Origin: Nemertoderma westbladi
Lineage: Eukaryota; Animalia; Xenacoelomorpha
Assembly (NCBI GenBank): GCA_032718475.1
Contig: JAUCBJ010008526.1
Location: 1-64,000 of the forward strand
Length of the DNA stretch: 64,000 nt
Direction of reading: 5' to 3'
Part shown: positions 50,801 to 64,000 of the stretch, in pieces
Numbering within the stretch: the stretch's first letter is position 1
Layout of the letters: each line of letters begins with the position of its first letter
The notes under the pieces: model-generated
What the model saw: only the letters and a program-made list of their open reading frames with translations
Databases searched by the model: none
What the model was told of the DNA's origin: nothing
Made by a program: the position numbers and the translations under genes

Positions 50801-53800
50801 TGGAGGCGTGGTAGAATGATGGAGACGTGGTAGAATGATGAAGACGTGGTAGAATGATGGAGACGTGGTAGAATGATGAAGACGTGGTAGAATGATGTAG
50901 ACGTGGTAGAATGATGGAGACGTGGTAGAATGATGGCGACGTGGTAGAATGATGGAGACGTGGTAGAATGATGAAAACGTGGTAGAATCATGGAGGCGTG
51001 GTAGAATGATGGAGACGTGGTAGAATGATGGAGACGTGGTAGAATGATAGAGACGTGGTAGAATGATGGAGACGTGGTAGAACATGGAGACGTGGTAGAA
51101 TCATGGAGGCGTGGTAGAATCATGGAGACGTGGTAGAATCATGGAGGCGTGGTAGAATCATGGAGGCGTGGTAGAATCATGGAGACGTGGTAGAATCATG
51201 GAGGCGTGGTAGAATGATGGAGACGTGGTAGAATGATGGAGACGTGGTAGAATGATGGAGACGTGGTAGAATGATGTAGACGTGGTAGAATGATGGAGAC
51301 GTGGTAGAATCATGGAGGCGTGGTAGAATGATGGAGACGTGGTAGAATCATGGAGACGTGGTAGAATGATGGAGACGTGGTAGAATCATGGAGACGTGGT
51401 AGAATGATGGAGACGTGGTAGAATGATGGAGACGTGGTAGAATGATGGAGACGTGGTAGAATGATGGAGACGTGGTAGAATGATGGAGACGTGGTAGAAT
51501 GATGTAGACGTGGTAAAATGATGGAGACGTGGTAGAATCATGGAGGCGTGGTAGAATGATGGAGACGTGGTAGAATCATGGAGACGTGGTAGAATCATGG
51601 AGACGTGGTAGAATGATGGAGACGTGGTAGAATCATGGAGACGTGGTAGAATGATGGAGACGTGGTAGAATCATGGAGACGTGGTAGAATGATGGAGACG
51701 TGGTAGAATGATGGAGACGTGGTAGAATCATGGAGACGTGGTAGTATCATGGAGACGTGGTAGAATGATGGAGACGTGGTAGAATCATGGAGACGTGGTA
51801 GAATGATGGAGACGTGGTAGAATGATGGAGACGTGGTAGAATGATGGAGACGTGGTAGAATCATGGAGACGTGGTAGAATCATGGAGACGTGGTAGAATC
51901 ATGGAGGCGTGGTAGAATGATGGAGACGTGGTAGAATGATGGAGACGTGGTAGAATGATGTAGACGTGGTAGAATGATGGAGACGTGGTAGAATGATGGA
52001 GACGTGGTAGAATGATGTAGACGTGGTAGAATGATGGAGACGTGGTAGAATGATGGAGACGTGGTAGAATCATGGAAACGTGGTAGAATCATGGAGGCGT
52101 GGTAGAATGATGGAGACGTGGTAGAATGATGGAGACGTGGTAGAATGATGGAGACGTGGTAGAATGATGGAGACGTGGTAGAATCATGGAAACGTGGTAG
52201 AATCATGGAGGCGTGGTAGAATGATGGAGACGTGGTAGAATGATGTAGACGTGGTAGAATGATGGAGACGTGGTAGAATGATGTAGACGTGGTAGAATGA
52301 TGGAGACGTGGTAGAATGATGGAGACGTGGTAGAATGATGTAGACGTGGTAGAATGATGGAGACGTGGTAGAATGATGGAGACGTGGTAGAATCATGGAA
52401 ACGTGGTAGAATCATGGAGGCGTGGTAGAATGATGGAGACGTGGTAGAATGATGGAGACGTGGTAGAATGATGGAGACGTGGTAGAATGATGGAGACGTG
52501 GTAGAATCATGGAGACGTGGTAGAATCATGGAGACGTGGTAGAATCATGGAGGCGTGGTAGAATGATGTAGACGTGGTAGAATGATGGAGACGTGGTAGA
52601 ATGATGTAGACGTGGTAGAATGATGGAGACGTGGTAGAATGATGGAGACGTGGTAGAATCATGGAGGCGTGGTAGAATGATGGAGACGTGGTAGAATGAT
52701 GAAGACGTGGTAGAATGATGGAGACGTGGTAGAATGATGAAGACGTGGTAGAATGATGTAGACGTGGTAGAATGATGGAGACGTGGTAGAATGATGGCGA
52801 CGTGGTAGAATGATGGAGACGTGGTAGAATGATGAAAACGTGGTAGAATCATGGAGGCGTGGTAGAATGATGGAGACGTGGTAGAATGATGGAGACGTGG
52901 TAGAATGATAGAGACGTGGTAGAATGATGGAGACGTGGTAGAACATGGAGACGTGGTAGAATCATGGAGGCGTGGTAGAATCATGGAGACGTGGTAGAAT
53001 CATGGAGGCGTGGTAGAATCATGGAGGCGTGGTAGAATCATGGAGACGTGGTAGAATCATGGAGGCGTGGTAGAATGATGGAGACGTGGTAGAATGATGG
53101 AGACGTGGTAGAATGATGGAGACGTGGTAGAATGATGTAGACGTGGTAGAATGATGGAGACGTGGTAGAATCATGGAGGCGTGGTAGAATGATGGAGACG
53201 TGGTAGAATCATGGAGACGTGGTAGAATGATGGAGACGTGGTAGAATCATGGAGACGTGGTAGAATGATGGAGACGTGGTAGAATGATGGAGACGTGGTA
53301 GAATGATGGAGACGTGGTAGAATGATGGAGACGTGGTAGAATGATGGAGACGTGGTAGAATGATGTAGACGTGGTAAAATGATGGAGACGTGGTAGAATC
53401 ATGGAGGCGTGGTAGAATGATGGAGACGTGGTAGAATCATGGAGACGTGGTAGAATCATGGAGACGTGGTAGAATGATGGAGACGTGGTAGAATCATGGA
53501 GACGTGGTAGAATGATGGAGACGTGGTAGAATCATGGAGACGTGGTAGAATGATGGAGACGTGGTAGAATGATGGAGACGTGGTAGAATCATGGAGACGT
53601 GGTAGTATCATGGAGACGTGGTAGAATGATGGAGACGTGGTAGAATCATGGAGACGTGGTAGAATGATGGAGACGTGGTAGATTGATGGAGACGTGGTAG
53701 AATGATGGAGACGTGGTAGAATCATGGAGACGTGGTAGAATCATGGAGACGTGGTAGAATCATGGAGGCGTGGTAGAATGATGGAGACGTGGTAGAATGA

Positions 53801-56191
53801 TGGAGACGTGGTAGAATGATGGAGACGTGGTAGAATCATGGAGACGTGGTAGAATCATGGAGACGTGGTAGAATCATGGAGACGTGGTAGAATGATGGAG
53901 ACGTGGTAGAATGATGGAGACGTGGTAGAATGATGGAGACGTGGTAGAATCATGGAGACGTGGTAGTATCATGGAGACGTGGTAGAATGATGGAGACGTG
54001 GTAGAATCATGGAGACGTGGTAGAATGATGGAGACGTGGTAGAATGATGGAGACGTGGTAGAATCATGGAGACGTGGTAGAATGATGGAGACGTGGTAGA
54101 ATGATGGAGACGTGGTAGAATCATGGAGACGTGGTAGTATCATGGAGACGTGGTAGAATGATGGAGACGTGGTAGAATCATGGAGACGTGGTAGAATGAT
54201 GTAGACGTGGTAGAATGATGGAGACGTGGTAGAATGATGTAGACGTGGTAGAATGATGGAGACGTGGTAGAATGATGGAGACGTGGTAGAATGATGGAGA
54301 CGTGGTAGAATCATGGAGGCGTGGTAGAATGATGGAGACGTGGTAGAATCATGGAGACGTGGTAGAATGATGGAGACGTGGTAGAATCATGGAGACGTGG
54401 TAGAATGATGGAGACGTGGTAGAATCATGGATACGTGGTAGAATGATGGAGACGTGGTAGAATGATGGAGACGTGGTAGAATGATGGAGACGTGGTAGAA
54501 TGATGGAGACGTGGTAGAATGATGGAGACGTGGTAGAATGATGGAGACGTGGTAGAATGATGGAGACGTGGTAGAATGATGGAGACGTGGTAGAATGATG
54601 GAGACGTGGTAGAATGATGTAGACGTGGTAGAATGATGGAGACGTGGTAGAATGATGGAGACGTGGTAGAATGATGGAGACGTGGTAGAATGATGTAGAC
54701 GTGGTAGAATGATGGAGACGTGGTAGAATGATGTAGACGTGGTAGAATGATGGAGACGTGGTAGAATGATGGAGACGTGGTAGAATGATGGAGACGTGGT
54801 AGAATGATGGAGACGTGGTAGAATGATGTAGACGTGGTAGAATGATGGAGACGTGTAGAATGATGGAGACGTGTAGAATGATGGAGACGTGGTAGAATCA
54901 TGGAGACGTGGTAGAATGATGGAGACGTGGTAGAATGATGGAGACGTGGTAGAATCATGGAGACGTGGTAGAATCATGGAGACGTGGTAGAATGATGGAG
55001 ACGTGGTAGAATCATGGAGACGTGGTAGAATGATGGAGACGTGGTAGAATCATGGAGACGTGGTAGAATGATGGAGACGTGGTAGAATGATGGAGACGTG
55101 GTAGAATGATGGAGACGTGGTAGAATGATGGAGACGTGGTAGAATGATGGAGACGTGGTAGAATGATGGAGACGTGGTAGAATCATGGAGACGTGGTAGA
55201 ATCATGGAGACGTGGTAGAATGATGGAGACGTGGTAGAATCATGGAGACGTGGTAGAATGATGGAGACGTGGTAGAATCATGGAGACGTGGTAGAATCAT
55301 GGAGACGTGGTAGTATCATGGAGACGTGTAGAATGATGGAGACGTGTAGAATGATGGAGACGTGGTAGAATCATGGAGACGTGGTAGAATGATGGAGACG
55401 TGGTAGAATGATGGAGACGTGGTAGAATCATGGAGACGTGGTAGAATCATGGAGACGTGGTAGAATGATGGAGACGTGGTAGAATCATGGAGACGTGGTA
55501 GAATGATGGAGACGTGGTAGAATCATGGAGACGTGGTAGAATGATGGAGACGTGGTAGAATCATGGAGACGTGGTAGAATGATGGAGACGTGGTAGAATC
55601 ATGGAGACGTGGTAGAATCATGGAGACGTGGTAGAATGATGGAGACGTGGTAGAATGATGGAGACGTGGTAGAATGATGGAGACGTGGTAGAATGATGGA
55701 GACGTGGTAGAATGATGGAGACGTGGTAGAATGATGGAGACGTGGTAGAATCATGGAGACGTGGTAGAATGATGGAGACGTGGTAGAATGATGTAGACGT
55801 GGTAGAATGATGGAGACGTGGTAGAATGATGGAGACGTGGTAGAATGATGTAGACGTGGTAGAATGATGGAGACGTGTAGAATGATGGAGACGTGGTAGA
55901 ATCATGGAGACGTGGTAGAATGATGGAGACGTGGTAGAATGATGGAGACGTGGTAGAATCATGGAGACGTGGTAGAATGATGGAGACGTGGTAGAATGAT
56001 GGAGACGTGGTAGAATGATGGAGACGTGTAGAATGATGGAGACGTGGTAGAATCATGGAGACGTGGTAGAATGATGGAGACGTGGTAGAATGATGGAGAC
56101 GTGGTAGAATGATGGAGACGTGGTAGAATGATGGAGACGTGGTAGAATGATGGAGCGTGGTAGAATGATGTAGACGTGGTAGAGTGATGGA
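47826..56191. repeat. 19-bp satellite, ~440 units, GACGTGGTAGAATGATGGA
   Basis: Directly visible, with higher-order periods of 1139 and 1861 bp. Confidence 0.99.
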
Positions 56192-56663
56192 TGATCATTA
56201 GAATGCAATAATTTTTTAATATAAGCAGTTCTGGACTTTCAATTTTTTTAAATTGGTGTTTCTATTTCTACATCAGTAATAATATGTTTTTATAAGAACG
56301 GGGTAATTTTAAGGGAAATATTGTATTTTATTCCAAAATGATGACATTGTTATTATTGGCAGCTCGTTCTAACATTGTGTTCGCCTTTTATACCTATAAA
56401 ATTATAGAATTTACGGAAAATTTGGTCTTCAAAAGTATCATATAAATTGATTTGGTTTTAGTAACGTGGATATTTATAGCTTTGGAATAAAACTACAATG
56501 ATACTTGCTGTAAAGAGATTTATACAGTGAACTGAACCACATGGATCCATTTACACTCACTCATTACGCTCATTCTTATAATTAACCACTCGGATCAACA
56601 GACTGACTGTAAGTACTATTTTACACACAAGTATGTAAATAGTTAATACAATGTAGTACTTGT

Positions 56664-59600
56664 ATGGCATACATTTAGTATCAATATTCAATAATTTAAT
56701 TAATACGAGTCCGATATTATTGATCGTTTTAAATGATTTTTGCAATGCTGAATTATTTCGATTGATATTATTGATCGATTTAAATAACAGTTGACTTATT
56801 TCAACCGATAATTATAGGTCGTATTAAATGTAGCTATTATTTCAGCTGATCTCGTGATGATTAACTTATCTGATTCTATCATAGCTATGGATTCTATACA
56901 TGCTTCACTACCGTACTGGTACCACTGTGCACTGTACAGCTGTACAGCTATACAGCTGTACCAGTACTTAATTCAGTATCTGAGTCAGCTGATCACTTTA
57001 AATCGATCTATAATTTTAGGTGGAAATAATTCACTGTCAGCTGATCACATTTAATACGATCTATAATTTTAGGTGAAAATAATTCACTGTCAGCTGATCA
57101 TATTTAATACGACCTATAATTTTAGGTGGAAATAATTCACTGTCAGCTGATCACTTTTAATACGACCTATAATTTTAGGTGGAAATAATTCACTGTCAGT
57201 TGATCACATTTAATACGACCTATAATTTTAGGTGGAAATAATTCACTGTCAGTTGATCACATTTAATACGACCTATAATTTTAGGTGGAAATAATTCACT
57301 GTCAGCTGATCACATTTAATACGACCTATAATTTTAGGTGAAATAATTCACTGTCAGCTGATCACATTTAATACGACCTATAATTTTAGGTGGAAATAAT
57401 TCACTGTCAGCTGATCACATTTAATACGACCTATAATTTTAGGTGGAAATAATTCACTGTCAGCTGATCACATTTAATACGACCTATAATTTTAGGTGGA
57501 AATAATTCACTGTCAGCTGATCACATTTAATACGACCTATAATTTTAGGTGGAAATAATTCACTGTCAGCTGATCACATTTAATACGACCTATAATTTTA
57601 GGTGGAAATAATTCACTGTCAGCTGATCAAATTTAATACGACCTATAATTTTAGGTGGAAATAATTCACTGTCAGCTGATCACTTTTAATACGACCTATA
57701 ATTTTAGGTGGAATTAATTCACTGTCAGCTGATCACATTTAATACGACCTATAATTTTAGGTGGAAATAATTCACTGTCAGCTGATCACATTTAATACGA
57801 CATATAATTTTAGGTGGAAATAATTCACTGTCAGCTGATCACATTTAATACGACCTATAATTTTAGGTGGAAATAATTCACTGTCAGCTGATCAAATTTA
57901 ATACGACCTATAATTATAGGTGGAAATAATTCACTGTCAGCTGATCACATTTAATACGACCTATAATTTTAGGTGGAAATAATTCACTGTCAGCTGATCA
58001 CATTTAATACGACCTATAATTTTAGGTGGAAATAATTCACTGTCAGCTGATCACATTTAATACGACCTATAATTTTAGGTGGAAATAATTCACTGTCAGC
58101 TGATCACTTTTAATACGACCTATAATTTTAGGTGGAAATAATTCACTGTCAGCTGATCAAATTTAATACGACCTATAATTTTAGGTGGAAATAATTCACT
58201 GTCAGCTGATCACATTTAATACGACCTATAATTTTAGGTGGAAATAATTCACTGTCAGCTGATCACTTTTAATACGACCTATAATTTTAGGTGGAAATAA
58301 TTCACTGTCAGTTGATCACATTTAATACGACCTATAATTTTAGGTGGAAATAATTCACTGTCAGCTGATCACATTTAATACGACCTATAATTTTAGGTGG
58401 AAATAATTCACTGTCAGCTGATCACATTTAATACGACCTATAATTTTAGGTGGAAATAATTAACTGTCAGCTGATCACTTTTAATACGACCTATAATTTT
58501 AGGTGGAAATAATTCACTGTCAGTTGATCACATTTAATACGATCTATAATTTTAGGTGGAAATAATTCACTGTCAGCTGATCACTTTTAATACGACCTAT
58601 AATTTTAGGTGGAAATAATTCACTGTCAGCTGATCACATTTAATACGACCTATAATTTTAGGTGGAAATAATTAACTGTCAGCTGATCACTTTTAATACG
58701 ACCTATAATTTTAGGTGGAAATAATTCACTGTCAGCTGATCACATTTAATACGACCTATAATTTTAGGTGGAAATAATTAACTGTCAGCTGATCACATTT
58801 AATACGACCAATAATTATAGGTGGAAATAATTCACTGTCAGCTGATCAAATTTAATACGACCTATAATTTTAGGTGGAAATAATTCACTGTCAGCTGATC
58901 AAATTTAATACGACCTATAATTTTAGGTGGAAATAATTCACTGTCAGCTGATCACATTTAATACGACCTATAATTTTAGGTGGAAATAATTCACTGTCAG
59001 CTGATCACATTTAATACGACCTATAATTTTAGGTGGAAATAATTCACTGTCAGCTGATCAAATTTAATACGACCTATAATTTTAGGTGGAAATAATTCAC
59101 TGTCAGCTGATCACATTTAATACGACCTATAATTTTAGGTGGAAATAATTCACTGTCAGCTGATCACATTTAATACGACCTATAATTTTAGGTGGAAATA
59201 ATTCACTGTCAGCTGATCACATTTAATACGACCTATAATTTTAGGTGGAAATAATTCACTGTCAGCTGATCAAATTTAATACGACCTATAATTTTAGGTG
59301 GAAATAATTCACTGTCAGCTGATCACTTTTAATACGACCTATAATTTTAGGTGGAATTAATTCACTGTCAGCTGATCACATTTAATACGACCTATAATTT
59401 TAGGTGGAAATAATTCACTGTCAGCTGATCACATTTAATACGACCTATAATTTTAGGTGGAAATAATTCACTGTCAGCTGATCACATTTAATACGACCAA
59501 TAATTTTAGGTGGAAATAATTCACTGTCAGCTGATCACATTTAATACGACCTATAATTTTAGGTGGAAATAATTCACTGTCAGCTGATCACATTTAATAC

Positions 59601-62600
59601 GACCTATAATTTTAGGTGGAAATAATTCACTGTCAGCTGATCACATTTAATACGACCTATAATTTTAGGTGGAAATAATTCACTGTCAGCTGATCAAATT
59701 TAATACGACCTATAATTTTAGGTGGAAATAATTCACTGTCAGCTGATCACATTTAATACGACCTATAATTTTAGGTGGAAATAATTCACTGTCAGCTGAT
59801 CACATTTAATACGACCTATAATTTTAGGTGGAAATAATTCACTGTCAGCTGATCACATTTAATACGACCTATAATTTTAGGTGGAAATAATTCACTGTCA
59901 GCTGATCACATTTAATACGACCTATAATTTTAGGTGGAAATAATTCACTGTCAGCTGATCACATTTAATACGACCTATAATTTTAGGTGGAAATAATTCA
60001 CTGTCAGCTGATCACATTTAATACGACCAATAATTTTAGGTGGAAATAATTCACTGTCAGCTGATCACATTTAATACGACCTATAATTTTAGGTGGAAAT
60101 AATTCACTGTCAGCTGATCACATTTAATACGACCTATAATTTTAGGTGGAAATAATTCACTGTCAGCTGATCACATTTAATACGACCTATAATTTTAGGT
60201 GGAAATAATTCACTGTCAGCTGATCACATTTAATACGACCTATAATTTTAGGTGGAAATAATTCACTGTCAGCTGATCACATTTAATACGACCTATAATT
60301 TTAGGTGGAAATAATTCACTGTCAGCTGATCACATTTAATACGACCTATACTTTTAGGTGGAAATAATTCACTGTCAGCTGATCACATTTAATACGACCT
60401 ATAATTTTAGGTGGAAATAATTCACTGTCAGCTGATCACATTTAATACGACCTATAATTTTAGGTGGAAATAATTCACTGTCAGCTGATCACATTTAATA
60501 CGACCAATAATTTTAGGTGGAAATAATTCACTGTCAGCTGATCACATTTAATACGACCTATAATTTTAGGTGGAAATAATTCACTGTCAGCTGATCACAT
60601 TTAATACGACCTATAATTTTAGGTGGAAATAATTCACTGTCAGCTGATCACATTTAATACGACCAATAATTTTAGGTGGAAATAATTCACTGTCAGCTGA
60701 TCACATTTAATACGACCTATAATTTTAGGTGGAAATAATTCACTGTCAGCTGATCACTTTTAATACGACCTATAATTTTAGGTGGAAATAATTAACTGTC
60801 AGCTGATCACATTTAATACGACCTATAATTTTAGGTGGAAATAATTCACTGTCAGCTGATCACATTTAATACGACCTATAATTTTAGGTGGAAATAATTC
60901 ACTGTCAGCTGATCACATTTAATACGACCTATAATTTTAGGTGGAAATAATTCACTGTCAGCTGATCACATTTAATACGACCTATAATTTTAGGTGGAAA
61001 TAATTCACTGTCAGCTGATCACTTTTAATACGACCTATAATTTTAGGTGGAAATAATTAACTGTCAGCTGATCACATTTAATACGACCTATAATTTTAGG
61101 TGGAAATAATTCACTGTCAGCTGATCACATTTAATACGACCTATAATTTTAGGTGGAAATAATTCACTGTCAGCTGATCACATTTAATACGACCTATAAT
61201 TTTAGGTGGAAATAATTCACTGTCAGCTGATCACATTTAATACGACCTATAATTTTAGGTGGAAATAATTCACTGTCAGCTGATCACATTTAATACGACC
61301 TATAATTTTAGGTGGAAATAATTCACTGTCAGCTGATCACATTTAATACGACCAATAATTTTAGGTGGAAATAATTCACTGTCAGCTGATCACATTTAAT
61401 ACGACCTATAATTTTAGGTGGAAATAATTAACTGTCAGCTGATCACATTTAATACGACCAATAATTTTAGGTGGAAATAATTCACTGTCAGCTGATCACA
61501 TTTAATACGACCTATAATTTTAGGTGGAAATAATTCACTGTCAGCTGATCACATTTAATACGACCTATAATTTTAGGTGGAAATAATTCACTGTCAGCTG
61601 ATCACATTTAATACGACCAATAATTTTAGGTGGAAATAATTCACTGTCAGCTGATCACATTTAATACGACCTATAATTTTAGGTGGAAATAATTAACTGT
61701 CAGCTGATCACATTTAATACGACCAATAATTTTAGGTGGAAATAATTCACTGTCAGCTGATCACATTTAATACGACCTATAATTTTAGGTGGAAATAATT
61801 CACTGTCAGCTGATCACATTTAATACGACCTATAATTTTAGGTGGAAATAATTCACTGTCAGCTGATCACATTTAATACGACCTATAATTTTAGGTGGAA
61901 ATAATTCACTGTCAGCTGATCACATTTAATACGACCTATAATTTTAGGTGGAAATAATTCACTGTCAGCTGATCACATTTAATACGACCTATAATTTTAG
62001 GTGGAAATAATTAACTGTCAGCTGATCACATTTAATACGACCTATAATTTTAGGTGGAAATAATTCACTGTCAGCTGATCACATTTAATACGACCTATAA
62101 TTTTAGGTGGAAATAATTCACTGTCAGCTGATCACATTTAATACGACCTATAATTTTAGGTGGAAATAATTCACTGTCAGCTGATCACATTTAATACGAC
62201 CAATAATTTTAGGTGGAAATAATTCACTGTCAGCTGATCACATTTAATACGACCTATAATTTTAGGTGGAAATAATTCACTGTCAGCTGATCACATTTAA
62301 TACGACCTATAATTTTAGGTGGAAATAATTCACTGTCAGCTGATCACATTTAATACGACCTATAATTTTAGGTGGAAATAATTCACTGTCAGCTGATCAC
62401 ATTTAATACGACCTATAATTTTAGGTGGAAATAATTCACTGTCAGCTGATCACATTTAATACGACCTATAATTTTAGGTGGAAATAATTCACTGTCAGCT
62501 GATCACATTTAATACGACCTATAATTTTAGGTGGAAATAATTCACTGTCAGCTGATCACATTTAATACGACCAATAATTTTGGGTGGAAATAATTCACTG

Positions 62601-63505
62601 TCAGCTGATCACATTTAATACGACCTATAATTTTAGGTGGAAATAATTCACTGTCAGCTGATCACATTTAATACGACCTATAATTTTAGGTGGAAATAAT
62701 TCACTGTCAGCTGATCACATTTAATACGACCTATAATTTTAGGTGGAAATAATTCACTGTCAGCTGATCACATTTAATACGACCTATAATTTTAGGTGGA
62801 AATAATTCACTGTCAGCTGATCACATTTAATACGACCTATAATTTTAGGTGGAAATAATTCACTGTCAGCTGATCACATTTAATACGACCAATAATTTTA
62901 GGTGGAAATAATTCACTGTCAGCTGATCACATTTAATACGACCTATAATTTTAGGTGGAAATAATTCACTGTCAGCTGATCAAATTTAATACGACCTATA
63001 ATTTTAGGTGGAAGTAATTCACTGTCAGCTGATCACTTTTAATACGACCTATAATTTTAGGTGGAAATAATTAACTGTCAGCTGATCACATTTAATACGA
63101 CCTATAATTTTAGGTGGAAATAATTAACTGTCAGCTGATCACATTTAATACGACCAATAATTTTAGGTGGAAATAATTAACTGTCAGCTGATCACATTTA
63201 ATACGACCTATAATTTTAGGTGGAAATAATTAACTGTCAGCTGATCACATTTAATACGACCAATAATTTTAGGTGGAAATAATTAACTGTCAGCTGATCA
63301 CATTTAATACGACCTATAATTTTAGGTGGAAATAATTAACTGTCAGCTGATCACATTTAATACGACCAATAATTTTAGGTGGAAATAATTCACTGTCTCA
63401 TTTAAAACTACCTTATCGGTTGAAATAATTAAACTGTTATTTAAATCGATCAATAATATCGGACTCGTATTATATTATTGAATATTGATACTAAATGTAT
63501 GCCAT
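56664..63505. mobile_element. Non-autonomous foldback (MULE/FB-like) element enclosing the 53-bp satellite
   Basis: The left end ATGGCATACATTTAGTATCAATATTCAATAAT... (56664-~56812) is inverted relative to 63413-63505. 9-bp TSD AGTACTTGT at 56655-56663 and 63506-63514. Confidence 0.88.
56984..63397. repeat. 53-bp satellite, ~121 units, TTTAATACGACCTATAATTTTAGGTGGAAATAATTCACTGTCAGCTGATCACA
   Basis: Directly visible and highly homogeneous; contains the palindrome TCAGCTGA. Confidence 0.99.
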
Positions 63506-63939
63506 AGTACTTGTGGGAAACATTATACTGCGAGTTTAATGATTATTTTATATATTATTTTCTATTAATTAGTATAATAATCCTACTTACTGTAGTCAAT
63601 GTCTGTCTAACTATTTAAATGTTTATTCCTATACATTTCCACTTATTAGGATGACTTATAATATCAATAATTTGCCGATATGCAAAATGTTTTAGATTAT
63701 ATTTATTATTTATAATAAATTAATCCAAAGATTGTTCACTACTTTGTTTATATCCATTTATAATAGTCAATGTACCAACCAACCATCTTGCTGACGTTAC
63801 TTGCATCATATCACCGCCCAAAACCGCTAAAACGTGAGTGGATGTATGAGAAAGTTACTTATAAGGAAGTATGAGTGCGTATAAAATGGGTACGAGGTGA
63901 TGTGTGGTACTGTGGGTGATATGAAAGTGACGAAAACTG

Positions 63940-64000
63940 GCGTGTTTTCCGTAAAGTGAACTCAGCATGTTTTCCGTAAAGTGAGCTTCGGTGCGTTTTC
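63940..64000. repeat. Start of a ~25-bp tandem repeat running off the window edge
   Basis: GTTTTCCGTAAAGTGA occurs twice and a third GTTTTC begins at the edge. Confidence 0.6.

Noticed and set aside
47874-56198. Many MILPRLHHSTTSPSFYHVS ORFs
   Set aside because: They are translations of the 19-bp satellite in rotating frames, with no independent sign of coding.
56984-63397. 53-bp unit as a third splice-junction array (contains TTTTAG|GT)
   Set aside because: No adjacent exon is visible, and the unit is better explained by the enclosing foldback element's sub-repeats.

Overview
Eukaryotic, probably invertebrate animal, genomic window that is about 70% tandem repeat. The + strand carries the last six coding exons of an ABCC/MRP-type ABC transporter (29806-46917, TMD2 end through NBD2). 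The - strand carries an exon of a crotonase-family enoyl-CoA isomerase/hydratase gene (28486-28736), lying antisense in the upstream ABCC intron. Five tandem arrays have 36, 68, 34, 19 and 53 bp units. The main observation is that two arrays appear to be amplified exon-intron junctions. The 26-kb 36-bp satellite, read on the - strand, is a 3' splice acceptor plus the first 22 nt of the next expected isomerase exon (R-LLTLGVP), repeated about 730 times, each unit with a TACTAAC branch point. The 3-kb 34-bp array is the last 24 nt of an ABCC exon plus its GT donor, repeated about 88 times. Two other arrays (68 and 53 bp) sit inside foldback DNA elements with long TIRs and target-site duplications. 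The introns also hold RTE retrotransposon copies, two tRNA-derived SINEs, an AG...CT element with a 6-bp TSD, and a probable LTR at the left edge. Everything was read by eye; no database searches were run and copy numbers are span divided by unit length.
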